Translations under genes and position numbers: made by a program
Shown here: positions 55,229 to 64,000 of the stretch, piece by piece
Layout: the number at the start of each line of letters is the position of its first letter
Numbering within the stretch: the first letter of the stretch is position 1
Source: Candidatus Kaiserbacteria bacterium
GTDB lineage: Bacteria; Patescibacteriota; Minisyncoccia; Phycocordibacterales; UBA918
Direction of reading: 5' to 3'
Assembly (NCBI GenBank): GCA_016204695.1
Contig: JACQKD010000004.1
Span: forward strand, 251 to 64,250
Length of the DNA: 64,000 nucleotides
Notes under the pieces: generated by a model
What the model saw: the letters and a program-made list of their open reading frames with translations, nothing else
Database searches by the model: none
Told to the model about the DNA's origin: nothing

Positions 55229-55654
55229 CTATCTCTTACTCCACTGAGGTGCTTTGCGGGCTTTCTTGAGGCCGAATTTGCGGCGTTCCTTGCTTCTAGG
55301 GTCGCGCATGAGGAGGCCGGCTTGTTTGAGCTCGGTGCGGCGCTCCGGCTTCTCCTTCACGAGCGCTCGCGCGATGCCGAGCTTGATGGCGTCTCCTTGG
55401 GCGCGGATGCCGCCGCCCGAAACGTGTGCGGAAACTTCGTAATTACCGAGTGTCTCGTCGGCGGAAAATGCCAAGAGTACGGCGTGCTCAAGCGCCGGTG
55501 AACGGAAATATTCGGCAAGCGACTTGCCGTTTACCGTGATTGCGCGTTCCTTTGCGGGAGTGAGACGCACGCGGGCGGTCGCGGTCTTGCGGCGGCCGAT
55601 TCCCTCTTTGTACTTCTCTGTGTTTGTAACTTTTTTCGTTTCCGGCATAGGCAT
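55229..55654 (-). CDS. rpsI: 30S ribosomal protein S9.
   Basis: 'GRRKTATARVRL' ... 'VSGGGIRAQGDAIKLGIARAL' ... C-terminal 'KFGLKKARKAPQWSKR'. Confidence 0.9.
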   Translation of the reverse strand: MPMPETKKVTNTEKYKEGIGRRKTATARVRLTPAKERAITVNGKSLAEYFRSPALEHAVLLAFSADETLGNYEVSAHVSGGGIRAQGDAIKLGIARALVKEKPERRTELKQAGLLMRDPRSKERRKFGLKKARKAPQWSKR

Positions 55655-55660
55655 AAGTGA

Positions 55661-56032
55661 CTATTCTTTTATGGAAAGATTCTGCATGCGCACCTTGTGA
55701 AGTCTGTTTTTGGGGAGCATGCCGCCGATGGTGCGGGTGAGCGCTTCGCCATAGCCGCGTCGGATTGCCAAGTGGCCGAGCGTCTCCTCCTTCTGGCCCC
55801 CGGGATATCCGGAATAGGTTTTGTATATTTCTTGTTCGCGCTTCTTCTCGCTGATATCCATAAGACGGGCGTTCACGATCGTGAGCGTAATCGGATATGC
55901 AAGACGTTTCTCAAACGCCGGCGAGTGCTTGCCGAGAAGGAGCGAGGCGGCCTCCACGGCCACAACACCGAGGCGCTTCCCTTGCGCGTCAATCGTTCGT
56001 TCTTCTTTCTGTTGTACGGTTTTTACGGCCAT
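55661..56032 (-). CDS. rplM: 50S ribosomal protein L13.
   Basis: 'IDAQGKRLGVVAVEAASLLLGKH' and 'YKTYSGYPGG', the uL13 pattern. Start at 'MAVKTVQQ'. Confidence 0.9.
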   Translation of the reverse strand: MAVKTVQQKEERTIDAQGKRLGVVAVEAASLLLGKHSPAFEKRLAYPITLTIVNARLMDISEKKREQEIYKTYSGYPGGQKEETLGHLAIRRGYGEALTRTIGGMLPKNRLHKVRMQNLSIKE

Positions 56033-56051
56033 GGTTAGTATACGGATTTGA

Positions 56052-56402
56052 TCATACGAACTCAATGACGGCTTCGCGCCGTCCGGCCGCAGTCGGGCCG
56101 GTCTTCACGATACGTGTGTAGCCCCCCGGACGCTCGGCGTACTCGGCCGCCTTCGTGAAGATTTTCTGCACGGTCGTCCCCGACGGTTCGCCGAGCCGCG
56201 AGGACACGAGACGACGCGAGGCGACCGAGTCATGTTTTGCGGCGGTGATCAGGTGCTCGACGCGCGGGCGGAGTTCTTTCGCTTTCGCTTCGGTTGTGAC
56301 GATTCGTCCATGCGAAACGAGCGACACGATAAGGCCTCGCAGGAGCGCGGTGCGGCCCCGGCGGGTGCGGGAGAGTGTTCGGTTGTGGTCGTGGTGTCGC
56401 AT
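56052..56402 (-). CDS. rplQ: 50S ribosomal protein L17.
   Basis: 'MRHHDHNRTLSRTRRGRTALLRGLIVSLVSHGRIVTTEAKAKELR' and 'GGYTRIVK' are bL17 signatures. Confidence 0.9.
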   Translation of the reverse strand: MRHHDHNRTLSRTRRGRTALLRGLIVSLVSHGRIVTTEAKAKELRPRVEHLITAAKHDSVASRRLVSSRLGEPSGTTVQKIFTKAAEYAERPGGYTRIVKTGPTAAGRREAVIEFV

Positions 56403-56423
56403 GAGGATGTAACAAATAAACCC

Positions 56424-57383
56424 TTACTCCTTGAGACCGAGATCCAGCGATTTCAGCACGTCCTCAATCTCGAGGAGCGCTTTGGGACCCAAGCCGTCGA
56501 TCTGGAGGATATCATCTTTTTTCTTGCGGACAAGGCCGCCGACCGTGCGGATGTTTGCCTCTTCCAAGGCGTGTGCGGTGCGGGTCGAGAGATCGAGAGT
56601 CTCGATGCGCGTCTTCAATATATCGGCATCCGGCTTCGTATCGTTCTCGGATTCCGAGAACGCCTCCTCCTGCGGCTCTTCGGCGGACTTTTCCTGGAAG
56701 CCGATGATGGCATGGAGTTGGTGAATCATGATCTCGATCGAACGCTCAAGCGCCTGGCGCGGGGAGATCGATCCGTCGGTCTCGATGAAAATGCGGAGGC
56801 GGTTGTAGTCGGTCTGGTCGCCGACACGCATGTTCTCCACTTCGTAGTTGACGCGGCGAATCGGCGTGAAGACGGCATCAAGGGATACCGTACCGATGTC
56901 CATCTTGTCCTTCTGATGGATCTCGCGCGGCACGTAGCCGAGGCCTCGTTCGACGAGCATCTCGAGCTCGAGACCGGCGCCTTTGCCCGTGATCTCGGCG
57001 ATGTACTGGTCGGGATTCAGAATCTCGACTTGACTCGGCGCAGTGATGGCCGCGGCGGTGACGATGCCGGGCTGGGTGTATTTCAGTGTCATTGAAAGCG
57101 GACCGTCGGCATGCATCTTCATCCGGACGCGCTTGAGATTGAGTACGATCGTGAGCACGTCTTCTTTGACGCCATCGATCGCGGAGAACTCATGCTGTAC
57201 GCCCTCGATTTTGACCTGCGTGACTGCGGAGCCGGAGAGCGACGAGAGGATGATACGGCGGAGCGAATTGCCGAGGGTATGGCCGTATCCGGGATAGAGG
57301 CCGTCTATCTCGTAGATCCCGCTGAATCCTTCTTCGGTGACGACGCGCGGTTTCGATGGCAGTGCTACGTTTGTTTCAAGCAT
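56424..57383 (-). CDS. rpoA: DNA-directed RNA polymerase alpha subunit.
   Basis: 'GYGHTLGNSLRRILLSS'-type N-terminal domain and a C-terminal domain with an HhH ('LDLSTRTAHALEEANIRTVGGL'). Confidence 0.95.
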   Translation of the reverse strand: MLETNVALPSKPRVVTEEGFSGIYEIDGLYPGYGHTLGNSLRRIILSSLSGSAVTQVKIEGVQHEFSAIDGVKEDVLTIVLNLKRVRMKMHADGPLSMTLKYTQPGIVTAAAITAPSQVEILNPDQYIAEITGKGAGLELEMLVERGLGYVPREIHQKDKMDIGTVSLDAVFTPIRRVNYEVENMRVGDQTDYNRLRIFIETDGSISPRQALERSIEIMIHQLHAIIGFQEKSAEEPQEEAFSESENDTKPDADILKTRIETLDLSTRTAHALEEANIRTVGGLVRKKKDDILQIDGLGPKALLEIEDVLKSLDLGLKE

Positions 57384-57418
57384 ATGAAAATAGTTACGTT
57401 GCTAAACGAGCGCTCGTA

Positions 57419-58033
57419 TTATCGGCTATAGTACTCGAACACCTGTTCAAGGTCGAACAGAAGCTCGTGCGCGTCGTACGACGGGACCGCAGTCACGCTT
57501 CCCGCAAGCGCCTTGCGGTCAAATGAGAGCCATACCGGCACGCGACCGTCGTCTCCCTCCTCCCGTATGCTCTGGAAGAGCACCGACTCTTTGCTCCCGT
57601 CGCGGACCGCCACCTGCTGATTCTGTACCACCAAATAGGACGGAACGGTGACTTTTCGACCGTTCACCGTGATGTGTCCATGCGACACCATCTGGCGTGC
57701 CAGACGCCGCGTCCGCGCGAGGCCGAGACGGTAGACGACGTTATCGAGACGCGATTCAAGCCGGGTCATAAGTGCATGACTCGGATTGTCGCTTTTCTCG
57801 ATCGATTCGTCCACATATCGCGAAAGCTGGGTTTCGGACAAGCCGTACATGTAGCGCATTTTCTGCTTCTCGATGAGCTGGCGCTTGTAGTCGCTTGCGG
57901 CGCCCTGTCGCTTGCCACGGCCTCCGGTGGTCTTTTTGCGCGCTTCGACAAGGGTGAATTTCTGCGTCTGGCATTTCTCAAACACCGCGCCGCCGAGACG
58001 CTTGCAGATCTTGAATTTCGGTCCGATGATCAT
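57419..58033 (-). CDS. rpsD: 30S ribosomal protein S4.
   Basis: 'SDYKRQLIEKQKMRYMYGLSE', 'LESRLDNVVYRLGLARTRRLARQMVSHGHITVNGRKV'. Confidence 0.9.
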   Translation of the reverse strand: MIIGPKFKICKRLGGAVFEKCQTQKFTLVEARKKTTGGRGKRQGAASDYKRQLIEKQKMRYMYGLSETQLSRYVDESIEKSDNPSHALMTRLESRLDNVVYRLGLARTRRLARQMVSHGHITVNGRKVTVPSYLVVQNQQVAVRDGSKESVLFQSIREEGDDGRVPVWLSFDRKALAGSVTAVPSYDAHELLFDLEQVFEYYSR

Positions 58034-58048
58034 ATAAATAGATACTGG

Positions 58049-58477
58049 TTACACCCTTCGCGCCTTCGGAGGACGCGGTCCGTTATGCGCGACCGGCGTA
58101 CGGTCGCGGATGGCGACGATGCCGACTCCTTTTCCCGCAAAAGCGCGCAGAGCGCTCTCGCGGCCCGCACCGACGCCGCGCACCACGACTGTCGCTTCGC
58201 GCATGCCCATCTGCAGGGCTTTCTCGCCGATCACTTCTCCGACTTTGGCGGCGGCAAACGGCGTCGACTTGCGGGAACCCTTGAAGCCGATCGCGCCGCT
58301 CGACGCGCTGATGAGCGCGTTACCCTTCACATCGGCAAGCGTCAGAATGGTGTTGTTGAAGGTTGCGAGCACATTCAAGATACCGGACTCGACTTTCCGC
58401 TTCGGGATGCGGGAAAGCGCGCGTGTCGCCTGCGCGTCCGATCCCCCACTTTTCTTTATGATACGTTTCTTACCCAT
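58049..58477 (-). CDS. rpsK: 30S ribosomal protein S11.
   Basis: 'ATFNNTILTLADVKGNALISASSGAIGFKGSRKSTPFAA' and 'VRGVGAGRESALRA' are uS11 signatures. Confidence 0.9.
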   Translation of the reverse strand: MGKKRIIKKSGGSDAQATRALSRIPKRKVESGILNVLATFNNTILTLADVKGNALISASSGAIGFKGSRKSTPFAAAKVGEVIGEKALQMGMREATVVVRGVGAGRESALRAFAGKGVGIVAIRDRTPVAHNGPRPPKARRV

Positions 58478-58509
58478 AGATCATTACGTAAAAGTATGAC
58501 AAGCGAGGA

Positions 58510-58887
58510 TTATGTCTTTTCAAGCTTACGGCGGCCACTACCCATTGTCTTCCTCACTCCTTTCAGTGTGCGCGCATTGGTCTTCGTGCGCTGGCCTCGT
58601 GCCGGCAGGCGCTTGATATGCCGACTGCCGCGGTACGACTTGATGTCTTTGAGGCGCTTGATGTTGCCGCCCACTTCACGGCGCAGTTCTCCTTCGATGG
58701 GAAGCGCCTCGACTTTTTCTCTGATCGTATTTTCCTCTGCGGTGGAAAGATCTCCGGGTCGCTTGGTCTCCGCAACATGTGCCGCTTCAAGAATGGAGGC
58801 GGCCTTGCTTCTGCCGATACCGTAAATCGCTGTCAGTCCGAAGACGAGTTGTTTGTTGTCCGGGATGGTGATTCCTGCGATACGCAT
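58510..58887 (-). CDS. rpsM: 30S ribosomal protein S13.
   Basis: 'MRIAGITIPDNKQLVFGLTAIYGIGRSKA' and 'GELRREVGGNIKRLKDIKSYRGSRH'. Confidence 0.9.
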   Translation of the reverse strand: MRIAGITIPDNKQLVFGLTAIYGIGRSKAASILEAAHVAETKRPGDLSTAEENTIREKVEALPIEGELRREVGGNIKRLKDIKSYRGSRHIKRLPARGQRTKTNARTLKGVRKTMGSGRRKLEKT

Positions 58888-58890
58888 ATG

Positions 58891-59007
58891 CTATCCTTGT
58901 CGCTGTTTATGCCGCGGCTTGCGCTTGTTGATGACGTATACGCGGCCGCGGCGACGCACGATAATGTCATCGGGACTCATCTTCTTTACTGACGATCGTA
59001 CTTTCAT
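58891..59007 (-). CDS. rpmJ: 50S ribosomal protein L36, cysteine-less (zinc-independent) form.
   Basis: Hand translation gives '[38 protein letters not shown]' (38 aa): the bL36 frame, but without the CxxC...C...H ligands. Not in the ORF track (too short). Confidence 0.75.
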   Translation of the reverse strand: MKVRSSVKKMSPDDIIVRRRGRVYVINKRKPRHKQRQG

Positions 59008-59022
59008 GGATATCTGTTCTGT

Positions 59023-59244
59023 TTACAGTCGTTTGGTGATTCTTGCTTTCCCTCCGTACGGGTCGATGACCATACCCACCCGGTCCCCGACGAGTACTCT
59101 GATGCGAAATTTCCGCATCTTGCCGGCCAGGTACGCAAGTATAACCGAGCCGTCATCGAGCATAACCCGAAAAAGCGTATCAGGCAACGCCTCCTCGACG
59201 GTGCCATACACGAGGTTGTCTTCCTTGCCGCTTTGAACTTCCAT
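59023..59244 (-). CDS. infA: Translation initiation factor IF-1.
   Basis: 'KEDNLVYGTVEEALPDTLFRVMLDDGSVILAYLAGKMRKFRIRVLVGDRVGMVIDPYGGKARI' is the IF-1 S1-like OB fold. Start chosen at the internal Met. The track ORF extends to 59271. Confidence 0.85.
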   Translation of the reverse strand: MEVQSGKEDNLVYGTVEEALPDTLFRVMLDDGSVILAYLAGKMRKFRIRVLVGDRVGMVIDPYGGKARITKRL

Positions 59245-59314
59245 TACGCTTATGCCCCAATAAGATAGCATGAGCCAAAAAACGAGTCAATGCCGATCGG
59301 CGGGGTTTGGGACA

Positions 59315-60694
59315 TTATTTTGGCGCTTCGAGGACTTCGATGATCTTTATGTCGGCGGGGTCTTCCGGGAATGACTGTTTCCAGAAGGGGCGCATGACCG
59401 TGGTGGCTCGCTGGATTGCCGGCTGGTAGCTCAAGAGTACCGAGGGGAGCTCTTCTTTTGCGGTACCCGCGACATCGGCGCGGAGCTTTTCGGTATCGTA
59501 CGTCCAGATCATTTTTGTGTTCCCGGAGAGCTTGAAATCGATTTTCTCCATGCCGGCCATGGCTTCCGTGCTCGTGGCGGCGTAGGTAAACGAGAGAGAT
59601 TGGGAATTTTCAAGTTTTACGTTTTCGCCTTTATAATCCACGATCGTGTTTTGCGCGAGATATCGGGCAAGGTCCGCCTCCGCAAAGAGCGGCGCTTCAA
59701 GGACCGCTTTCTCGCGGATGGTGGCCTTGCTTTCGCCTCCGTCTATCGACGGCAGGGACTCGAATCTGATGCGCGCGGCGCTCTCATAGAGCACGAAGCC
59801 GGCGGGACGCTCATTACGCAGACGCTCCGAAAGTTTGGCGCGCAGGTCGTTTTGGATCGCCTCTTTTGCGCCCTTGAGCGCACTCTCTTCGACGATGAGT
59901 TTCTGGCCGACAAATCCTCCCTGCATGGCCGCTTTGGGTTCGGCGTACATGCTCTCAAATTGCGGCGTACCTTTGAGTCCGGGGATGGTAAGCCGTCCCG
60001 GATTGACGTTGTATTTGTCGCCCGTACCGTCGGCGAACACCTTTGCGGTCGCCGTGCCGGGCACTTTCTCATTTCCTTCGGTCGTATATCCCGGAATGAC
60101 GACCGATTCTTGAATTTTGAAAATCAACCCGTCCTTCGACTCGAAACGTGTGTTTTTAATGAGACGTTGGGGTTCTTTTGAAAATGCGTTGGAGATTGTG
60201 ATCTCTCCGGTCGCACGTTCTTCCACCGGTTCCGTGCCGGTCGCCTCGACCGCGCGCTCGCCCGTTTCTTCGAGTGAGAGGAGTTCGTAACCGAGTGCGT
60301 TTGCTTCCGGATTTTGACTGGCGGTAAACGCGGCGTCTACGGTCACCTCCTTGCTCTTTGGATAGACGGTAAGCTCCGCTCCTTGAAAGAAGAAAGAAGT
60401 GAGGAGGCCGAGTATCAGCAGTACGGCAAGGACGACCGCGCCGAGAATCGTTTTTCTTTTTCCGCCTCTGCCCGCGAAACCGCGTCTCGTCCTCGTCGGA
60501 CGTTCTTCGGATTCGACGTATTCATCTTCGCTATCCATGGAATCTTGGGATGCGGACGGCGCGCTCCGGGCGACCATGTCCTGCATTGTCCGAGCGCTTC
60601 TCTGTCGTGTCGGACGCTCGGACGGTCCTCGTTCGGGGGGGCGGATATCTCCCAAATTCCATTTTTGCTGTGGCATAAGGACAGTATACAACAC
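59315..60694 (-). CDS. Hypothetical single-pass membrane protein with a large extracytoplasmic domain.
   Basis: Arg-rich cytoplasmic N-terminus, TM 'ILGAVVLAVLLILGLLTSFFF', ~360-aa C-terminal domain without recognisable motifs. Confidence 0.5.
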   Translation of the reverse strand: MLYTVLMPQQKWNLGDIRPPERGPSERPTRQRSARTMQDMVARSAPSASQDSMDSEDEYVESEERPTRTRRGFAGRGGKRKTILGAVVLAVLLILGLLTSFFFQGAELTVYPKSKEVTVDAAFTASQNPEANALGYELLSLEETGERAVEATGTEPVEERATGEITISNAFSKEPQRLIKNTRFESKDGLIFKIQESVVIPGYTTEGNEKVPGTATAKVFADGTGDKYNVNPGRLTIPGLKGTPQFESMYAEPKAAMQGGFVGQKLIVEESALKGAKEAIQNDLRAKLSERLRNERPAGFVLYESAARIRFESLPSIDGGESKATIREKAVLEAPLFAEADLARYLAQNTIVDYKGENVKLENSQSLSFTYAATSTEAMAGMEKIDFKLSGNTKMIWTYDTEKLRADVAGTAKEELPSVLLSYQPAIQRATTVMRPFWKQSFPEDPADIKIIEVLEAPK

Positions 60695-60736
60695 TCTTCG
60701 CGCTGTCTATAAAACCGGTGTATATAGAGCCGTCAT

Positions 60737-61960
60737 CTACGCGACTTCGCCGCAGGCATGCAGTTTGTGGAAAAATCTGGCGAGAAGCGCATGGCGCGGG
60801 TCCATCAATGTGCCGGGCGGCGCCGCCACGAACGTGTGTGCGTCGGCGGATAGCGGCACGATATTCTTTTCACCGATGCCGGTATTGTCGCGGAGCGCCT
60901 CGACGAATGTGTCTTTGAAGAAACCGGTGAGAGACGGTTCGGCAACGAGAAAAACGGTCTGCGGAAGCACATATCGTTTCCGCAATTCCGTGTGCATCAT
61001 GTCGAGCATGTGTACGTAATCGCGTTGCACCTCCGCCACTGCTTTTGTTTGTGCCGGTTTCAGTGCGTTCTGCGCGTAGGCGCGCAGATAGCCGCGGGAT
61101 TCTTCGGGGATGGTCTTTCCGGCGGCCGCCATGTCGCGGATGAGCGTGCTGGATCCCTTGTCAGTGACGATTGATTCGCAAAAGACGCTGTCGCGCATCA
61201 ATCCTATTTCGATTGCTTCTTCGGAAATGAGCGCGATCAGCGCGTTTTTGGTGCGCGGGTACAGGTCTCGAAGGGCACAATACGACACAAGCATCGCCGT
61301 GTGCAGATGCATATCTGTGCCATCGAGAAGTCGTTTTTGCATTTCTTCGATGGTGTGGAAGATGGGATCGGCGAGCAGTCCTCGTACGTGGGTGACTGCG
61401 ATCTCGGATGCTTGTTTTGTGTACGGGTCGTCGACCGAGTATCCGTTAAGCGTGACGTCGACGATGGTTTTTTCGACGATACGGTACCCTTTTTTAAGTC
61501 CCGATGCCGGCGCTTCCGGCTGTACCCGCTCTTGTTCGTATGCATGCGCGATCATGTCATCGACCATGCGCTTCGTGACCGTAAACGGCGTTTCTTGTTC
61601 AAGGCGAATCATCTGCGCGACCGTATATGCCCAAGGAGCGGTGGAGGAAACGACCACTTTCTCTATGTGCAGACGCGCGTCGTATTTCTGAAGTGCCATG
61701 ACGCCCGCGCGTTCGATGTCAAGGAGGACCGAAAAAAGCGCGTGCCGTGTCGTGCGGATGCGGTCGGCCGATGAGAGTGTGCCGTTAAGCGGGAGGACTT
61801 TTCTGCATGTGTAGAGAATCTCCGGGAGGGCGGCGCCCTCTTTTGAGATAGCGATACTGGCGGTCACACTTCCCGATCCTATATCGATCAGCATCCCGCA
61901 AAGCACTTTCGGCTTTCGTGTGAAAAACGCGGCCATGTTTGGGTCCATTATAAAATACAT
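60737..61960 (-). CDS. Actin-fold (ASKHA) protein, possibly Ppx/GppA-phosphatase-like. Low-confidence assignment.
   Basis: 'GMLIDIGSGSVTASIAI' near the N-terminus and a second 'ALISEEAIEIGLMRD' block mid-protein resemble the duplicated phosphate-1 motifs of Ppx/GppA / FtsA-type ATPases. Confidence 0.35.
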   Translation of the reverse strand: MYFIMDPNMAAFFTRKPKVLCGMLIDIGSGSVTASIAISKEGAALPEILYTCRKVLPLNGTLSSADRIRTTRHALFSVLLDIERAGVMALQKYDARLHIEKVVVSSTAPWAYTVAQMIRLEQETPFTVTKRMVDDMIAHAYEQERVQPEAPASGLKKGYRIVEKTIVDVTLNGYSVDDPYTKQASEIAVTHVRGLLADPIFHTIEEMQKRLLDGTDMHLHTAMLVSYCALRDLYPRTKNALIALISEEAIEIGLMRDSVFCESIVTDKGSSTLIRDMAAAGKTIPEESRGYLRAYAQNALKPAQTKAVAEVQRDYVHMLDMMHTELRKRYVLPQTVFLVAEPSLTGFFKDTFVEALRDNTGIGEKNIVPLSADAHTFVAAPPGTLMDPRHALLARFFHKLHACGEVA

Positions 61961-62019
61961 ACGAGGAAAACCAGCACGGGATGTCCCCGTTTTATGGAAG
62001 TATCTTCTGAACCGAATGT

Positions 62020-64000
62020 CTATTCCAGGATCGCTTTGATGCGGCGGACGCCGGCGGATGAGGATTCTTCGGAGGTGATTTTGAATGTGCCGTTGAGCGC
62101 GGATGTATTCTCGACATGCGGGCCGCCGCAGAGTTCGCGGGAGTAGATGACGCTGTTGTCATCGGAAACGGTGTAGACGGTCACTTCGTCGGGATAGCGG
62201 TCCCAGAAGCTCCCTTCCACGGTCGGGTCGTTTTCCGCGTCGGCTTTTTTCATGGTTTCAATAGTAACTTTCGCTCCCGCCTTAATTGCGTCGTTCACAT
62301 ACTCCTCGAGTTTTGCGAGTGTTTCCTTCTCCACTTTTTTCGGATAGGTGAAATCAAAACGGAGCCGCTCGCCGGTGATGTTCGAGCCGGCCTGATGGAC
62401 TTCATTGCCAAGCTCTTTGCGAAGTGCGGCAAGCAGAAGGTGTGTGGCGGTATGGTACTGCACGACCTTCTCCGAGTGGTCCGCAAGGCCGCCCTTGAAC
62501 TTATGCTCCGCTCCGGCACGAGATGTCTCCTGATGTTTTTTAAACTCAGCTTTGAAGTCTTTTTCAATTACGCCAACGTCGAAATCATTAAATCTTATTC
62601 CTCTTTTTTCTATTTCCTCGAGAGACATTTCTAATGGAAAACCAAATGTTTGATAGATATAGAAAAACCATTTTCCAGTCAAAAAACGGCTGGTTACGCC
62701 CGGGATACCACCCGGGTGACCGTCTACCATAGACAAATCTGGAATATTTTCAGGTTTCTCTCTCCCTAGTTCAAATGTTTTTGCAATATCTCCTGACAGT
62801 ACCTTCAAACCCTTCGCAAGCGTTTTCCTGAATTGTGTTTCCTCTTGCGCAATCATCTCCATAATCTCCTGTTTCTTCTCAACAACATTCGGATAGAAAC
62901 CTTGATACGGCGCGATGACGCTTTCCACGATGTCTTTCAACCTGCCGGCGGGTATACCGAGCACATCCGCATAACGCACGCTTCGGCGCAAAAGCCGGCG
63001 GACGAAATATCCCTGCTCGGTGTTTGACGGATAGATTCCCTCTCCGATCATGAATGTCGCGCCGCGCATGTGGTCGGTGATGACGCGGAACGCCAAAAGA
63101 TTATCTTCGTATTTCTTCCCCGACAGTTTTTCGATTTGTTGCACCACGCTATCGAGCAAGTCGATTTTGAACACATCCGGCGTATCTATCGCGGCGGCGG
63201 CGATGCGTTCGAGGCCCCCGCCGAAGTCGACATTTTTCTGCGGGAGTTTTGAGAATGTACCGTCTTGGTTTTTGACGTACTCCATGAAGACGTTATTGCC
63301 GATCTCAATGAAGCGCCCGCAGTCGCAGTTGGGGTGGCAGTGCTCGCCGTATTTTGTGTCGTGCTCGGTGCCGAAGTCGTAAAACATTTCGGTGTCCGGG
63401 CCGCCCGGCTCGCCTGCGGGCATCTTCTCCGGTACGCCCGCGCGGCTCCACCAATTTTTCTTCGCTTCGTAATAGAAAATGCGCTCGCCTTCTTTCATCC
63501 CGCACTTTCCGCCGTCGGCTTCGGAGCCGATATGCGCGACTCCGTGCGAGACACCCGCGTCTGCGAGAAGTCTCTGCCAAATGGCAACCGATTCGTCGTC
63601 TTTCGGCAGATTGTTTTTTTCGTCTCCCGCAAAAACGGTGAAGTAGAGTTTCTGCGGGTCAAGCCCGACCACTTTGGTCAAAAATTCGAACATCCAACTG
63701 ATTTGCTCTTCTTTGAAATAATCGCCGAAGGACCAGTTGCCCAGCATTTCAAAAAATGTCGTGTGGCGGTTGTCGCCGACCTCTTCTATATCGTCGGCGC
63801 GAAATGCTTTTTGCGAGTCTGCGATGCGCGTGCCTTTCGGATGCGGCTGGCCCAAAAGATACGGCAACATCGGTTGCATGCCGCTTCCGGTAAAAAGCGT
63901 GGTCGGGTCGTTCTCGGGCACGAGCGCGGCCGACGGCACGATGGCGTGCCCCTTCCCTTCAAAAAATTCCAGATATTTCCTCCTAATTTCGTTTCCGGAC
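62020..64000 (-). CDS. alaS: Alanine--tRNA ligase. N-terminus lies beyond the window edge.
   Basis: The reading frame stays open to base 64000 ('...IRRKYLEFFEGKGHAIVPSAALVPENDPTTLFTGSGMQ'). 'WSFGDYFK' and C-terminal editing/'HTATHLL' blocks. The track ORF starts at an internal GTG. Confidence 0.9.
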   Translation of the reverse strand, partial: SGNEIRRKYLEFFEGKGHAIVPSAALVPENDPTTLFTGSGMQPMLPYLLGQPHPKGTRIADSQKAFRADDIEEVGDNRHTTFFEMLGNWSFGDYFKEEQISWMFEFLTKVVGLDPQKLYFTVFAGDEKNNLPKDDESVAIWQRLLADAGVSHGVAHIGSEADGGKCGMKEGERIFYYEAKKNWWSRAGVPEKMPAGEPGGPDTEMFYDFGTEHDTKYGEHCHPNCDCGRFIEIGNNVFMEYVKNQDGTFSKLPQKNVDFGGGLERIAAAAIDTPDVFKIDLLDSVVQQIEKLSGKKYEDNLLAFRVITDHMRGATFMIGEGIYPSNTEQGYFVRRLLRRSVRYADVLGIPAGRLKDIVESVIAPYQGFYPNVVEKKQEIMEMIAQEETQFRKTLAKGLKVLSGDIAKTFELGREKPENIPDLSMVDGHPGGIPGVTSRFLTGKWFFYIYQTFGFPLEMSLEEIEKRGIRFNDFDVGVIEKDFKAEFKKHQETSRAGAEHKFKGGLADHSEKVVQYHTATHLLLAALRKELGNEVHQAGSNITGERLRFDFTYPKKVEKETLAKLEEYVNDAIKAGAKVTIETMKKADAENDPTVEGSFWDRYPDEVTVYTVSDDNSVIYSRELCGGPHVENTSALNGTFKITSEESSSAGVRRIKAILE

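Noticed and set aside
1-64000. Looked for CRISPR arrays, tRNA/rRNA genes, RNase P, SRP and tmRNA signatures.
   Set aside because: No spaced short direct-repeat arrays, no T-loop/anticodon-stem patterns, and no conserved RNase P (AGGAAAGTCCGG), SRP (AGGTCCGGAAGGAAGCAGC) or tmRNA tag signatures could be recognised by eye. A covariance-model scan would be needed to be sure.

Overview
This 64-kb window is gene-dense housekeeping DNA from a bacterium with ~55–60 % GC, interrupted by several short low-GC islets. The gene content (four type IV pilin-like genes, compact operons, many small membrane proteins) is consistent with a small-genome lineage such as Patescibacteria/CPR, but that is inference only.

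Recognisable core genes:
- The ribosomal alpha-operon block on the minus strand (infA, rpmJ, rpsM, rpsK, rpsD, rpoA, rplQ, rplM, rpsI).
- grpE and dnaK, then three paralogous secreted proteins, then dnaJ.
- A cell-wall block (murG, ftsW, mraY, a D-Ala-D-Ala carboxypeptidase) together with gltX, and scpA/scpB.
- Six tRNA synthetase genes: cysS, aspS/asnS-type, trpS, gltX and alaS (partial at the window edge).
- dnaB, recR, rmuC, rplU, rplI, rpmA, msrA/msrB, corA, ctpA-like protease, ppiB-like, rdgB, pepA, xerC/D-family recombinase, an M23 peptidase, and a PIF1/RecD-like helicase.

No rRNA, tRNA or CRISPR array was recognisable by eye.

Most interesting candidates:
- (i) A ~1.7-kb low-GC islet between scpA and pepA carrying four small unknown ORFs and an ~87-bp direct duplication of the pepA 3' end.
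- (ii) An IS1595-family transposase with a two-gene low-GC cargo and a 400-nt hairpin-rich non-coding region next to DnaA-box-like motifs upstream of dnaB, bracketed by a 14-bp direct repeat.
- (iii) A tandem triplet of secreted PKD-like paralogues with identical 5' ends, inserted between dnaK and dnaJ.
- (iv) A promoter-plus-terminator sRNA candidate splitting scpA from scpB.
- (v) A second DnaA-box/direct-repeat cluster upstream of the xerC/D-family gene.

All functional calls are from motif recognition by eye. No database search was run.
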